From the NCBI GenBank assembly GCA_016874005.1, contig VGVQ01000003.1, positions 35,019 to 99,018 on the forward strand: a DNA stretch of 64,000 nucleotides. The letters run 5' to 3'. Below, one piece after another: positions 8,397-16,549 of the stretch; the stretch's first letter is position 1; each line of letters opens with the position of its first letter. Below the pieces are notes generated by a model. The model made no database searches and was not told the DNA's origin. It saw nothing but the letters and a program-made list of their open reading frames with translations. The translations under genes and the position numbers were made by a program. This DNA is from Gemmatimonadota bacterium. Lineage in GTDB: Bacteria > Gemmatimonadota > Gemmatimonadetes > Gemmatimonadales > GWC2-71-9.

Positions 8397-8687
8397 ATGA
8401 AGTACTTCCACCGGACCTCGCTCACGCCCGACGAGGTCATCGCTTCGGCCGCGAGCTACTTCGGGGCCCGAATGGGCCCGACTCACGAAGGTCGGCGGGC
8501 TCGGCGCTTTTCGAGCGGGCTCGGCCAAGTCAGCATCACCGTGGAGGCGGAAGGCGGTCATTACACCCTGATCGGGATCGAGACCGATCAGCCCGGTGAG
8601 AGCGAGCTCGACAAGGTCGCCAAGCGGTTCCTCACCACGGTGCATGCCCAGGCCGACCGCCGCCACGTGGTCCGAGGGGCGTACTGA
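8397..8687 (+). CDS. hypothetical protein (96 aa)
   Basis: Track ORF 8391..8687 trimmed to the ATG at 8397, which has AAGGAG 5 nt upstream. It fills the space between the ino1 stop (8394) and the E1-alpha start (8689). No family recognised. Confidence 0.5.
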   Translation: MKYFHRTSLTPDEVIASAASYFGARMGPTHEGRRARRFSSGLGQVSITVEAEGGHYTLIGIETDQPGESELDKVAKRFLTTVHAQADRRHVVRGAY

Positions 8688-8688
8688 G

Positions 8689-9726
8689 ATGACCACGGCT
8701 GCCCGAAAGGCCGCCCTCCCGGCTGGACTCACCCGAGCCCAGCTCCTCGAGTTGTACTACTGGATGCGGCTGACCCGGTCGTTGGAAGAGAAGCTGGTCG
8801 CGCTCTATCGTCAGACCAAGGTCGTCGGCGGGCTGTTCCGATCGCTCGGACAGGAAGCGGACGCCGTGGGCAGCGCCTTCGCGCTCGACCGAACCAAGGG
8901 CGACATCCTCTCCCCGCTGATTCGTAACCTCGGATCGATGCTGGTTCAGGGCGCGACCCCGATCGAAGTGCTCCGCCAATACATGGCCAAGGCCGACAGC
9001 CCGACCCGGGGCCGGGAGCTGAACATCCATTTCAACGATCTTGCCCGGGGCTACCTGGGCCAGATCTCCCACCTCGGCGACATGGTGACCGTGATGTGCG
9101 GCGTCGCCTTGTCGTTCAAGATCCGGAAGGAGCCCCGGGTCGGCCTGGTGTACATCGGTGACGGCGCGATGAGCACCGGTGCCTTCCACGAGGGGATCAA
9201 TTTCGCCGCGGTTCAACGGTTGCCGCTGGTGATCGTGGCCGAGAACAACGGCTACGCCTACTCGACCCCGATCCACAAACAGACCGCGGTGAAGTTCCTG
9301 GTCGAGAAAGCGGCCGGCTACGGGGTCGCCGGCGATCAAGCGGATGGCAACGATGTCCTCGCCGTCTACGAGGTGACCAAGCGGGCCGTCGATCGAGCCC
9401 GATCCGGCGGTGGGGTGACGCTGGTCGAGCTGATCACTTACCGCCGCAAAGGACACGCCGAGCACGACAACCAGGGGTACGTGCCGAAAGAGGAGATCGA
9501 GGCGTGGGAAGCCCGCGACCCGATCGACCGATACCTCCGGCAACTGGAGACCTCCGGGTGGGCCTCGCGAGCCGACCTGAGCGCCATCGATGCCCGAGTG
9601 ACTTCGGAAATCGACGCCGCGGTCGCTCAATGCGAGAACGAGCCGTTCCCCGCGCCGGCAACGGCGTTGGACGGCGTGTTGGCGAGTGCGCCTGCCGCCG
9701 ACCTCGAATGGTACCGGAGTCTCTGA
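8689..9726 (+). CDS. 2-oxoacid dehydrogenase E1 component, alpha subunit (pyruvate or branched-chain type)
   Basis: Track ORF 8596..9726 trimmed to the ATG at 8689 (MTTAARKA...). ThDP motif YIGDGAMSTGAFHEGINFAAVQRLPLVIVAENNGYA (GDG...NN). Confidence 0.9.
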   Translation: MTTAARKAALPAGLTRAQLLELYYWMRLTRSLEEKLVALYRQTKVVGGLFRSLGQEADAVGSAFALDRTKGDILSPLIRNLGSMLVQGATPIEVLRQYMAKADSPTRGRELNIHFNDLARGYLGQISHLGDMVTVMCGVALSFKIRKEPRVGLVYIGDGAMSTGAFHEGINFAAVQRLPLVIVAENNGYAYSTPIHKQTAVKFLVEKAAGYGVAGDQADGNDVLAVYEVTKRAVDRARSGGGVTLVELITYRRKGHAEHDNQGYVPKEEIEAWEARDPIDRYLRQLETSGWASRADLSAIDARVTSEIDAAVAQCENEPFPAPATALDGVLASAPAADLEWYRSL

Positions 9727-9727
9727 G

Positions 9728-10705
9728 ATGACTCAGGTGACCTACCTCGAGGCGATTCGCGACGGGCTCCGTGAGGAGATGGAGCGCGACGACCGGGTCT
9801 TCATGATGGGCGAGGACATCGGCAACTACGGCGGGGCGTTCAAGGTGACCGAGGGCTTCCAGGCCCGGTTCGGCGCCGAACGGGTCATCGACACCCCGAT
9901 CTCGGAGGTCGCGATCGTCGGGGCCGCGGCAGGGGCCGCCCACATGGGCCTCCGCCCCGTCTGCGAGATGCAGTTCATCGATTTTCTCTCCTGCGCTTAT
10001 TCGATCCTCACCAACTACGTCGCCACCGCCCGGTACCGCGCCGATCTGAAGACGCCGATGGTGGTTCGCGGCCCCTGCGGTGGATACGTCCGGGGCGGGC
10101 CGTTCCACTCCCAGAACCCGGAGGCGGCCTACCTCCATACCCCGGGCCTCAAGATCGTGGCGCCCGCCACCGCGCGAGATGCCAAAGGCCTGATCAAAGC
10201 CGCGATCCGCGATGACGACCCGGTGCTCTATTTCGAGCACAAGTTCCTCTACCGGCGGATCAAGGAAGACCTCCCGGACGGCGAGGACATCGTCACCCCG
10301 ATCGGCGAGGCTCGTCTGGCGCGGGAAGGCGCCCACCTGACCGTGGTGACCTACTCCGCGATGGTTTTCAAGGCCCTCGAAGCGGCCGAGGTGCTGGCCA
10401 AGGAAGGGATCTCGCTCGAGGTCCTCGACCTCCGGACGCTGTTGCCCTTCGACGAAGATGCCATCGTCGCCAGCGTCAAGAAGACCAATCGAGCCTTGAT
10501 CGTGCACGAGGATACCAGGACCGGGGGGATCGCGGGCGAGATCACCGCCCGGATCAACGAACGGTGCTTCGAATGGCTCGACGCCCCGGTTCGAAGGGTC
10601 TGCGCCCACGATGTTCCCTTGCCGTATGCGCCGACTCTTGAAGATTTCGTGTTGCCCCAGACCGACGACATTGTCAAAGCGGCCCGCTGGATGGTCGCGT
10701 ACTAG
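9728..10705 (+). CDS. 2-oxoacid dehydrogenase E1 component, beta subunit
   Basis: Track ORF 9686..10705 trimmed to the ATG at 9728, 1 nt after the alpha stop. MTQVTYLEAIRDGLREEMERDDRVFMMGEDIG is a typical E1-beta N-terminus. Confidence 0.9.
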   Translation: MTQVTYLEAIRDGLREEMERDDRVFMMGEDIGNYGGAFKVTEGFQARFGAERVIDTPISEVAIVGAAAGAAHMGLRPVCEMQFIDFLSCAYSILTNYVATARYRADLKTPMVVRGPCGGYVRGGPFHSQNPEAAYLHTPGLKIVAPATARDAKGLIKAAIRDDDPVLYFEHKFLYRRIKEDLPDGEDIVTPIGEARLAREGAHLTVVTYSAMVFKALEAAEVLAKEGISLEVLDLRTLLPFDEDAIVASVKKTNRALIVHEDTRTGGIAGEITARINERCFEWLDAPVRRVCAHDVPLPYAPTLEDFVLPQTDDIVKAARWMVAY

Positions 10706-10716
10706 CTGGAGATCCG

Positions 10717-12081
10717 ATGGCCCGTATCGATGTTCTCATGCCGCAGATGGGCGAGTCTATCGCCGAGGGCACCCTTTCGAAGTGGCTCAAGAAGGTGGGT
10801 GACCCAGTCAAGCGCGACGAGCCGATCTTCGAGATTTCGACCGACAAGGTCGACGCCGAGATTCCGGCTCCCACCGCGGGCGTGCTGGCCGAGATCCTGG
10901 TGACCGAGGGGCAGACCGTGCCGGTGCAGACGCTGGTCGCCAGAATCGAGACCGAAGCGGGTGCCGCGGTTGCCGCTCCGGCCGCGCCAGCGCCGCCGCC
11001 GGCCCCGGCTCCCGCTCCGGCGCCCAAGCCTGTTCCGACAGCGGCGCCCGCCTCGGCGGCACCCGTCGTCGCCCCGCCGGCTTCCCGACCGGCGAGCGAA
11101 CCCACCGGCGACGAGAGTCTCGAGGACCGGCTCCGCCGTAAATCGACGCCGGTCGTCCGCCGGATGGTGGCGGAACACGGGCTCGACCTCGCCGCGATTC
11201 CGGGGACCGGGATGGCCGGTCGGGTCACCAAGCACGACGTCATCAGCTACCTCGAGCAGGCGCCCGCCCCGGCCTCGCCGGCACCGGCTCGGCCCAGTCC
11301 GGCCGCGTCGCCAACCCCGGCCTCGATTCCGATCGGGGGCGGAGTGCAGGTGATTCCCGGCCCGGTGGTCGAGCCGTGGGAGGGCGACAAGGTGGAGCCG
11401 TGGTCGCGGATTCGAAAGCTCACCGCCGACCACATGATCATGTCCCGGCGGGTATCGCCCCACGTGTCGAGCCTGATCGAGATCGATTACACCCGGGTCG
11501 CCCAACTTCGGGCGAAACGGAAAGCCGAGTTCGCCGACCGGGGGGTCAACTTGACCTTCCTCGCGTTCGTCGCCAAGTCGGTCGCCGGCGCGCTCCGCAA
11601 CCACCCGGTCGTCAACGCCGCGGTGATGGGCGAGGCGACGCTGCTTCGCCGGGAGATCAACCTCGGTATCGCGGTCGCCCTCGACTGGGGCCTCATCGTC
11701 CCGGTCATTCGCCGGGCCGACGAGCTGTCGTTGATTGGCGTCGCTCGGGCCATTCAGGACCTCGCCGATCGGGCCCGAAGCAAGAAGCTGACCCCGGACG
11801 AGGTCCAGAAGGGGACCTTCACGATCACCAACCCCGGGGTATTCGGAACCATGGTGGGCCTGCCCATCATCAACCAACCTCAAGCGGCGATCCTCGCGGT
11901 CGGCGCGATCGAGAAGCAGCCGGCGGTGGTCGCCCAGCCCGATGGAACCGACGCGATCGGGATCCGTACCAAAGGGATCCTCGCGATGTCCTTCGACCAC
12001 CGGATCGTCGACGGGGCCGATGCCGATCGGTTCCTGGCCGAGGTTCGGCGCGGGCTCCACGAGTTCGCCGACAACGCCTAA
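10717..12081 (+). CDS. dihydrolipoamide acyltransferase E2 component
   Basis: 454 aa. Lipoyl domain (EISTDKVDAEIPAP), Ala/Pro linkers, a peripheral subunit-binding domain (PVVRRMVAEHGLDL) and the catalytic SFDHRIVDGA motif. Confidence 0.92.
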   Translation: MARIDVLMPQMGESIAEGTLSKWLKKVGDPVKRDEPIFEISTDKVDAEIPAPTAGVLAEILVTEGQTVPVQTLVARIETEAGAAVAAPAAPAPPPAPAPAPAPKPVPTAAPASAAPVVAPPASRPASEPTGDESLEDRLRRKSTPVVRRMVAEHGLDLAAIPGTGMAGRVTKHDVISYLEQAPAPASPAPARPSPAASPTPASIPIGGGVQVIPGPVVEPWEGDKVEPWSRIRKLTADHMIMSRRVSPHVSSLIEIDYTRVAQLRAKRKAEFADRGVNLTFLAFVAKSVAGALRNHPVVNAAVMGEATLLRREINLGIAVALDWGLIVPVIRRADELSLIGVARAIQDLADRARSKKLTPDEVQKGTFTITNPGVFGTMVGLPIINQPQAAILAVGAIEKQPAVVAQPDGTDAIGIRTKGILAMSFDHRIVDGADADRFLAEVRRGLHEFADNA

Positions 12082-12095
12082 CGGAGGGCCGAACG

Positions 12096-12362
12096 ATGCC
12101 GCAGCGGGTTGTCGAGTCGAATGGCCACCGGTGGACCGTGTCCACGACGGGCCGCCGGACCCAGTACGGGAAGGACGAATTCACGGTCTGTTTCACCCGC
12201 CGCGGCGCCGATCCGGCCGAGCAGCGAGTCGCCCGATACTCGCCCCTCGGCGCCAAAGACCGGGAGGGATCCCTCGCCGAGCTGACCGACCGGCAGCTGC
12301 GCGACCTGCTGGCCCGGTCCCAGCCGGCGTGGACGACGCCGGAGTTGGGCTACCGGCGCTGA
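12096..12362 (+). CDS. hypothetical protein (88 aa)
   Basis: In-frame ATG at 12096 inside track ORF 11376..12362, with GGAGGG at 12083-12088. The sequence MPQRVVESNGHRWTVSTTGRR... has ordinary composition, unlike the Arg/Gly-rich upstream part of the track ORF. No family recognised. Confidence 0.45.
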   Translation: MPQRVVESNGHRWTVSTTGRRTQYGKDEFTVCFTRRGADPAEQRVARYSPLGAKDREGSLAELTDRQLRDLLARSQPAWTTPELGYRR

Positions 12363-13213
12363 CGAACTCGGCGGACCTCCATCTCCACTCCACGGCCTCC
12401 GACGGCGCGCTCTCGCCGGCGGAGGTCGTTCGATTGGCGCGCCGTGCCGGCCTCTCGGCCATCGCCCTGACCGATCACGACACCATGGCCGGGGTGCCCG
12501 AGGCCCTCGAGGCGGCCGCCGGCTCGGATCTCTGGGTCCTTCCGGGCTGCGAGTTATCGGTCACGGCCGGGTCGGGGGAACTCCATCTGCTGGGCTATCA
12601 GTTGGCGGCCGACAACGCCCAGCTGGGTCAATTCCTCGAGCGGGCCACGGCCGCGAGAGAGGGACGCGGCCGCGAAATCGTCGCCCGGGTCGCCCGGTGC
12701 GGGATCGCGGTCTCGTTCGAGCAAGTCGAGCGGGCGGCCGCCGGGGCGCCGATCGGCCGACCCCATGTGGCCAAGGCCTTGATCGCCTCCGGTGTCACCC
12801 GGACGATCGACGAGGCGTTCGATCGCTTCCTCGGACGAGGACGCCCGGCGTACGTGCCCAAGGAACTCCCCACCATCGACCAAGCCACCGCGGTCGTTCG
12901 AGCGGCCGGCGGCGTCAGCATCTTGGCCCATCCCAAAGACCGGGCGACGAAACCGTTACTGGAAAACCTCAAAGCCCGGGGGCTCGATGGCCTCGAGGTC
13001 CGCCATCCGAGCCACACCGGGCCGGTGGAGCGGGAGCTGATGCGACTTGCCGGCGAGCTGGGCCTGCTGATGACCGGGGGTAGCGACGCCCACGGCGATG
13101 GGGCGGCCAGCGCGAGCCACCGCGAGATCGGTGGCGTGAGGGTCCCGATGGCCTGGGCCCAGGCCCTGGCTCAATTCGCCGCCACTCGGCGGGCGGCGGG
13201 TGACGGTGCCTAA
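12329..13213 (+). CDS. PHP-domain phosphoesterase (TrpH/YciV family)
   Basis: Track ORF 11942..13213 trimmed to the GTG at 12329 (start uncertain). ADLHLHSTASDGALSPAEVV...ALTDHDTMAG is the PHP N-terminal metal-binding signature, and GGSDAHG lies near the C-terminus. Confidence 0.75.
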   Translation: MDDAGVGLPALTNSADLHLHSTASDGALSPAEVVRLARRAGLSAIALTDHDTMAGVPEALEAAAGSDLWVLPGCELSVTAGSGELHLLGYQLAADNAQLGQFLERATAAREGRGREIVARVARCGIAVSFEQVERAAAGAPIGRPHVAKALIASGVTRTIDEAFDRFLGRGRPAYVPKELPTIDQATAVVRAAGGVSILAHPKDRATKPLLENLKARGLDGLEVRHPSHTGPVERELMRLAGELGLLMTGGSDAHGDGAASASHREIGGVRVPMAWAQALAQFAATRRAAGDGA

Positions 13214-13949
13214 CGACGCGCCGCAGCGGTTCCGGGAGGTCACCGTCGTCGGGGGCGGCTGCTATGGCAGCTTCTACGCCGGCCAACTGGCCAAAGCCCT
13301 GGCCCGCGGGAAGTTGACCGCCGAACGGATCCTGATCGTCGATCGTGACGCCGGCTGCCGGGCGGCCACGCTGGAGCTCGGCCCACCTTTCGTCCGGGTG
13401 GTCGATGAATGGGGCCGCCATTTCGACCGCTGGCTCGAGCGGCCGCCGCCGTCGCCGGGCGAGCCGGATGACGCCGTGGTGCCCTCGCCCCTGATGCCCC
13501 ACCTGATGGCGCAATGGCTGGCTCGGGTCGCCGAGCGGTTCGGCCTCGGAGTCCGGACGGTGCCGGTGGCTGCCCCGGTTGGTACTCCCTACGATCGACT
13601 GGCGCCCGATGGCAATCGCTACGTCTCGTTCGCCGACTGGATTTGCCCGACCCACTGCATCGAGCCCGCCACCTGTCCGGCCATTCGCGGACCGCGCACC
13701 TGGGAGATGGCGGATGCGCTCGAGGCCTACGCTCGACGGGCGACCGGTGGTCAGCCGAGTCTCGGCGCGGTCCTCTTTCGAACCAGCCACCGCGCCTTCG
13801 GGGTTGGGATGTTCGATCTGGCCACCGCTCGCGAGGCCCGCCGGCTGATCGCGAATGCCAAGGCCGCTGGTTCTCCCGGCAGCCTCCTCGTCGGAACGAT
13901 CTCATCGTGCCATGGGGCGACGACGATGCTCGAGTTCACCCCGGGCTGA
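13200..13949 (+). CDS. hypothetical protein with an N-terminal dinucleotide-binding-like motif and a Cys cluster
   Basis: 249-aa track ORF. GTG start overlaps the PHP gene stop by 14 nt. Contains VTVVGGGCYGSFYAG (GxGxxG-like) and CPTHCIEPATCP. Ordinary amino-acid composition. No family recognised. Confidence 0.55.
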   Translation: MTVPNDAPQRFREVTVVGGGCYGSFYAGQLAKALARGKLTAERILIVDRDAGCRAATLELGPPFVRVVDEWGRHFDRWLERPPPSPGEPDDAVVPSPLMPHLMAQWLARVAERFGLGVRTVPVAAPVGTPYDRLAPDGNRYVSFADWICPTHCIEPATCPAIRGPRTWEMADALEAYARRATGGQPSLGAVLFRTSHRAFGVGMFDLATAREARRLIANAKAAGSPGSLLVGTISSCHGATTMLEFTPG

Positions 13950-14415
13950 CCCGCTCGTCGATGAGTCGCGCCACGGCCGCCCCCAACAGGAGGTCGTCGA
14001 CGGCGCCAAACGCCTGCTCTCGAAGCCGACCGGCCCGGTCGATCAGGATCGCCGTGGGGGTCCCCCGCATCCCGTAGCGCTCCATCGTGACCGGGATGGG
14101 CCCCGGTCGACCCGGTTCGTCGACGCCCACCGGAAATCCGATCCGGTACTCGTGGAGGAACGCCTTCAGGGCCACCGGGGTCATCGCGTCGTGATGCTCG
14201 AAGACCGTGTGAAGCCCGACGACGGCGAGGTCGGTCCCGGCGAACAGCGCCGCCAGCCGCTTCGCTTGAGGGAGGCAGTGGGTCACGCAACCCGGGCAGA
14301 GCATCTGGAACGCGAACAGGGCGACCGGCCGACCGGCCAGCACCTCGAGGGACAGTGGACTGGAGTTGAACCACTGAGTGGTGGACCATGCTGGGGCGAC
14401 GGGATGACTCGACAT
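13936..14415 (-). CDS. thioredoxin-fold redoxin (TlpA/AhpC-TSA-like, CPGC active site)
   Basis: Track ORF 13936..15507 trimmed to the ATG at 14413-14415 (MSSHPVAPAW...), giving 159 aa. Contains FQMLCPGCVTH. The rest of the track ORF is antisense to trxB. Confidence 0.75.
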   Translation of the reverse strand: MSSHPVAPAWSTTQWFNSSPLSLEVLAGRPVALFAFQMLCPGCVTHCLPQAKRLAALFAGTDLAVVGLHTVFEHHDAMTPVALKAFLHEYRIGFPVGVDEPGRPGPIPVTMERYGMRGTPTAILIDRAGRLREQAFGAVDDLLLGAAVARLIDERVSPG

Positions 14416-14523
14416 GCGTCCTCGTGGTTCCGCGTGAACCCGACGATCGGACCGTGATCGATCGAGGGCGGCGGGCGTGTTCCGCGACCGCCGGTTACGT
14501 CGCCCCGGCTGCCGGCGACCGAC

Positions 14524-14529
14524 TATATT
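14524..14529 (+). promoter_or_regulatory. TATATT -10-like box in the divergent redoxin/trxB intergenic region
   Basis: gaCTATATTGcg is one of three TATATTG heptamers I noticed, all intergenic (see 22656 and 54684). It lies 52 nt before the trxB ATG and could also serve the minus-strand redoxin gene. Confidence 0.25.
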
Positions 14530-14580
14530 GCGCCCCGAACGATACTGCCCTCTTGAGCAATCACGCGAGACGACCCCCTC

Positions 14581-15519
14581 ATGAACAAACACGATGTCAT
14601 CATCGTCGGTGCCGGCCCGGCCGGTCTCTGCGCCGCGATGTACGCCGGTCGGGGCATGCTCGACGCCGTCCTGCTGGAGCGCGGCATCCCGGGAGGGGAG
14701 CTGCTCAACACCGAGAAGATCGAGGACTATCCCGGCTTCGAGTCGATCTTGGGCCGGGAGTTGGCGGAGAAGATGCAGGCCCACGCCGAAAAGTTCGGCG
14801 CCAAGATCCTGATGGAGAACGTCGAGGGCATCTATCGCGATACCGACGGATTCCGGGTCACCACCAGTTCCGGCGCCGAATACGGGGCGCCGACCGTGAT
14901 TCTCACCGCCGGCGGCACCCCGACGAAGCTCGGCGTGCCCGGGGAGGCGGAGTTCGCCGGGCGAGGCGTCTCCTACTGCGCGGTATGCGACGGCGCCTTC
15001 TTCAAGGGTGAGACCATCGCGGTGGTGGGCGGGGGCGACGCGGCCGTCGAAGAAGCGGACTACCTCACCCGGTATGCCACCAAGGTGTATATCGTCCATC
15101 GGCGCGATCAGTTCCGGGCCTCGAAGCTGATTCAGGATCGGGCCATGAGGAACCCGAAGATCGAGGTGGTCTGGAACAAGAAGGTGCTCGAGCTGCGGGG
15201 TGAAGCGACTGGGCTTCGGGAACTGGTGCTCGAAGACACCGTCACCCAGGCGCGGTCCACGCTGGCGGTGACCGGGTGCTTCATCTTCATCGGGTTCACG
15301 CCCAACAGCGGCCTCGTCAAGGAGCACGTCAAGCACGATCCCACCGGGTACCTGATCACCGATGACCGGATGATGACGTCGATTCCCGGTCTGTTCGCCG
15401 CCGGCGACCTCCGGGTCCAACTCACCCGTCAGGTGACCACCGCCGTCGGCGATGCCACCACCGCCGCGATCGCGGTCGAGAAATACCTCACCGAGCGAAA
15501 GACGCAAACGGTCCCGTGA
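14581..15519 (+). CDS. trxB: thioredoxin-disulfide reductase
   Basis: 312 aa. GAGPAG FAD motif, redox-active CAVCDG, and GGGDAAVEEA NADPH motif. Confidence 0.93.
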   Translation: MNKHDVIIVGAGPAGLCAAMYAGRGMLDAVLLERGIPGGELLNTEKIEDYPGFESILGRELAEKMQAHAEKFGAKILMENVEGIYRDTDGFRVTTSSGAEYGAPTVILTAGGTPTKLGVPGEAEFAGRGVSYCAVCDGAFFKGETIAVVGGGDAAVEEADYLTRYATKVYIVHRRDQFRASKLIQDRAMRNPKIEVVWNKKVLELRGEATGLRELVLEDTVTQARSTLAVTGCFIFIGFTPNSGLVKEHVKHDPTGYLITDDRMMTSIPGLFAAGDLRVQLTRQVTTAVGDATTAAIAVEKYLTERKTQTVP

Positions 15520-16136
15520 GGGTCATCGGCATCGTCAACGGCCAGTTCGCCGAGAACTGCTACCTCTTGGCCGAGTCCGGGAGCGCCAAGGCGGTAATCG
15601 TCGATCCGGGCGAGGAGCCCGATCTCTTTCTCGCCCGGGCGGCCGCCGAGGGCCTGGTAATCGGCGAGATCTGGCTCACCCATGGGCACCTCGACCATGT
15701 CTCCGGCGTGGGGGCGATCAAGGACGCGACCGGGGCGCCCGTCTACCTCCACCCGGGGGACCGGGCCCTCTACCAGAACCTCCCTAACCAGGCTCGGTGG
15801 TTTGGCCTCGATCTCGATCCGCCGCCGCCGGTGGATGGCTGGCTCGAACATGCCGGCACCATGAGCGTGGGCGCCACCACCTTCGCGGTGCGCCACGCAC
15901 CCGGGCACTCGCCCGGCAGCGTGCTGTTCGTCCGTCCCGGTGTGGTCATTGGGGGCGACGTTCTGTTCCAGGGATCCATCGGTCGCAGTGACCTGCCCGG
16001 CGGCGATCACCAAACCCTGATCACCAGCATTCGAAACGAGTTGCTGACCCTGCCCGACGACACCGTGGTGTATCCCGGTCACGGCCCGCCAACCACGGTG
16101 GGCGCGGAACGACGACACAACCCCTTCCTCGCCTAG
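15516..16136 (+). CDS. MBL-fold metallo-hydrolase (glyoxalase II-like)
   Basis: 206 aa. THGHLDH (HxHxDH) motif. GTG start forms a GTGA overlap with the trxB stop. Confidence 0.85.
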   Translation: MRVIGIVNGQFAENCYLLAESGSAKAVIVDPGEEPDLFLARAAAEGLVIGEIWLTHGHLDHVSGVGAIKDATGAPVYLHPGDRALYQNLPNQARWFGLDLDPPPPVDGWLEHAGTMSVGATTFAVRHAPGHSPGSVLFVRPGVVIGGDVLFQGSIGRSDLPGGDHQTLITSIRNELLTLPDDTVVYPGHGPPTTVGAERRHNPFLA

Positions 16137-16190
16137 CACCCGCTCAGCGGTCCTGCCCCGCGGGAGTGCCCCGATCGGGGTGCCAGTCAC

Positions 16191-16517
16191 TCAGGAACCC
16201 GGTGGAGGGGCCATGCCGATCAACATCACGGTTCGCTCCAGGGCCTCGACGACGCCGTGCGGCACCTCGGCCGGCGCCCAGACCAGGTCGCCCGCGCTGG
16301 CCTCGAACTCCTCGCGGCCGACCGCCATTCTCGCCTTTCCCGAGAGGATCAGATAGAATTTGTCGGCCCCGCGGTGGGAATGCACCCGTTGGGTTTGCCC
16401 CGGTTCGAAGCAGTTGAGTCCGAGAAAGAGCGTCGCCCCATTCGCCAGGTCGACCTTCCCGAACCGATCGGCAGCGAACTTGGCGTGATCCATGGGGCGG
16501 ATCCGGTAGTCGGGCAT
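16191..16517 (-). CDS. cupin domain protein
   Basis: 108 aa. GQTQRVHSHRGADKFYLILSGKA and VPHGV match the two cupin motifs (G-x5-H-x-H ... and ...P-x-G-x2-H). Confidence 0.7.
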   Translation of the reverse strand: MPDYRIRPMDHAKFAADRFGKVDLANGATLFLGLNCFEPGQTQRVHSHRGADKFYLILSGKARMAVGREEFEASAGDLVWAPAEVPHGVVEALERTVMLIGMAPPPGS

Positions 16518-16549
16518 CCTGGCGTCTCCTAACGAGCGGCCTATACCTC

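Noticed and set aside
10960-11110. Repetitive GC-rich DNA (gccccggctcccgctccggcgccc...) that looked at first like a tandem repeat
   Set aside because: It encodes the Ala/Pro-rich flexible linker between the lipoyl and subunit-binding domains of E2. It shows no unit periodicity beyond codon-level bias and is not a CRISPR array or a satellite. The same explanation holds for the Pro-rich stretches in the TolA-slot gene (about 61420-61560) and the SecA tail (about 51060-51200).
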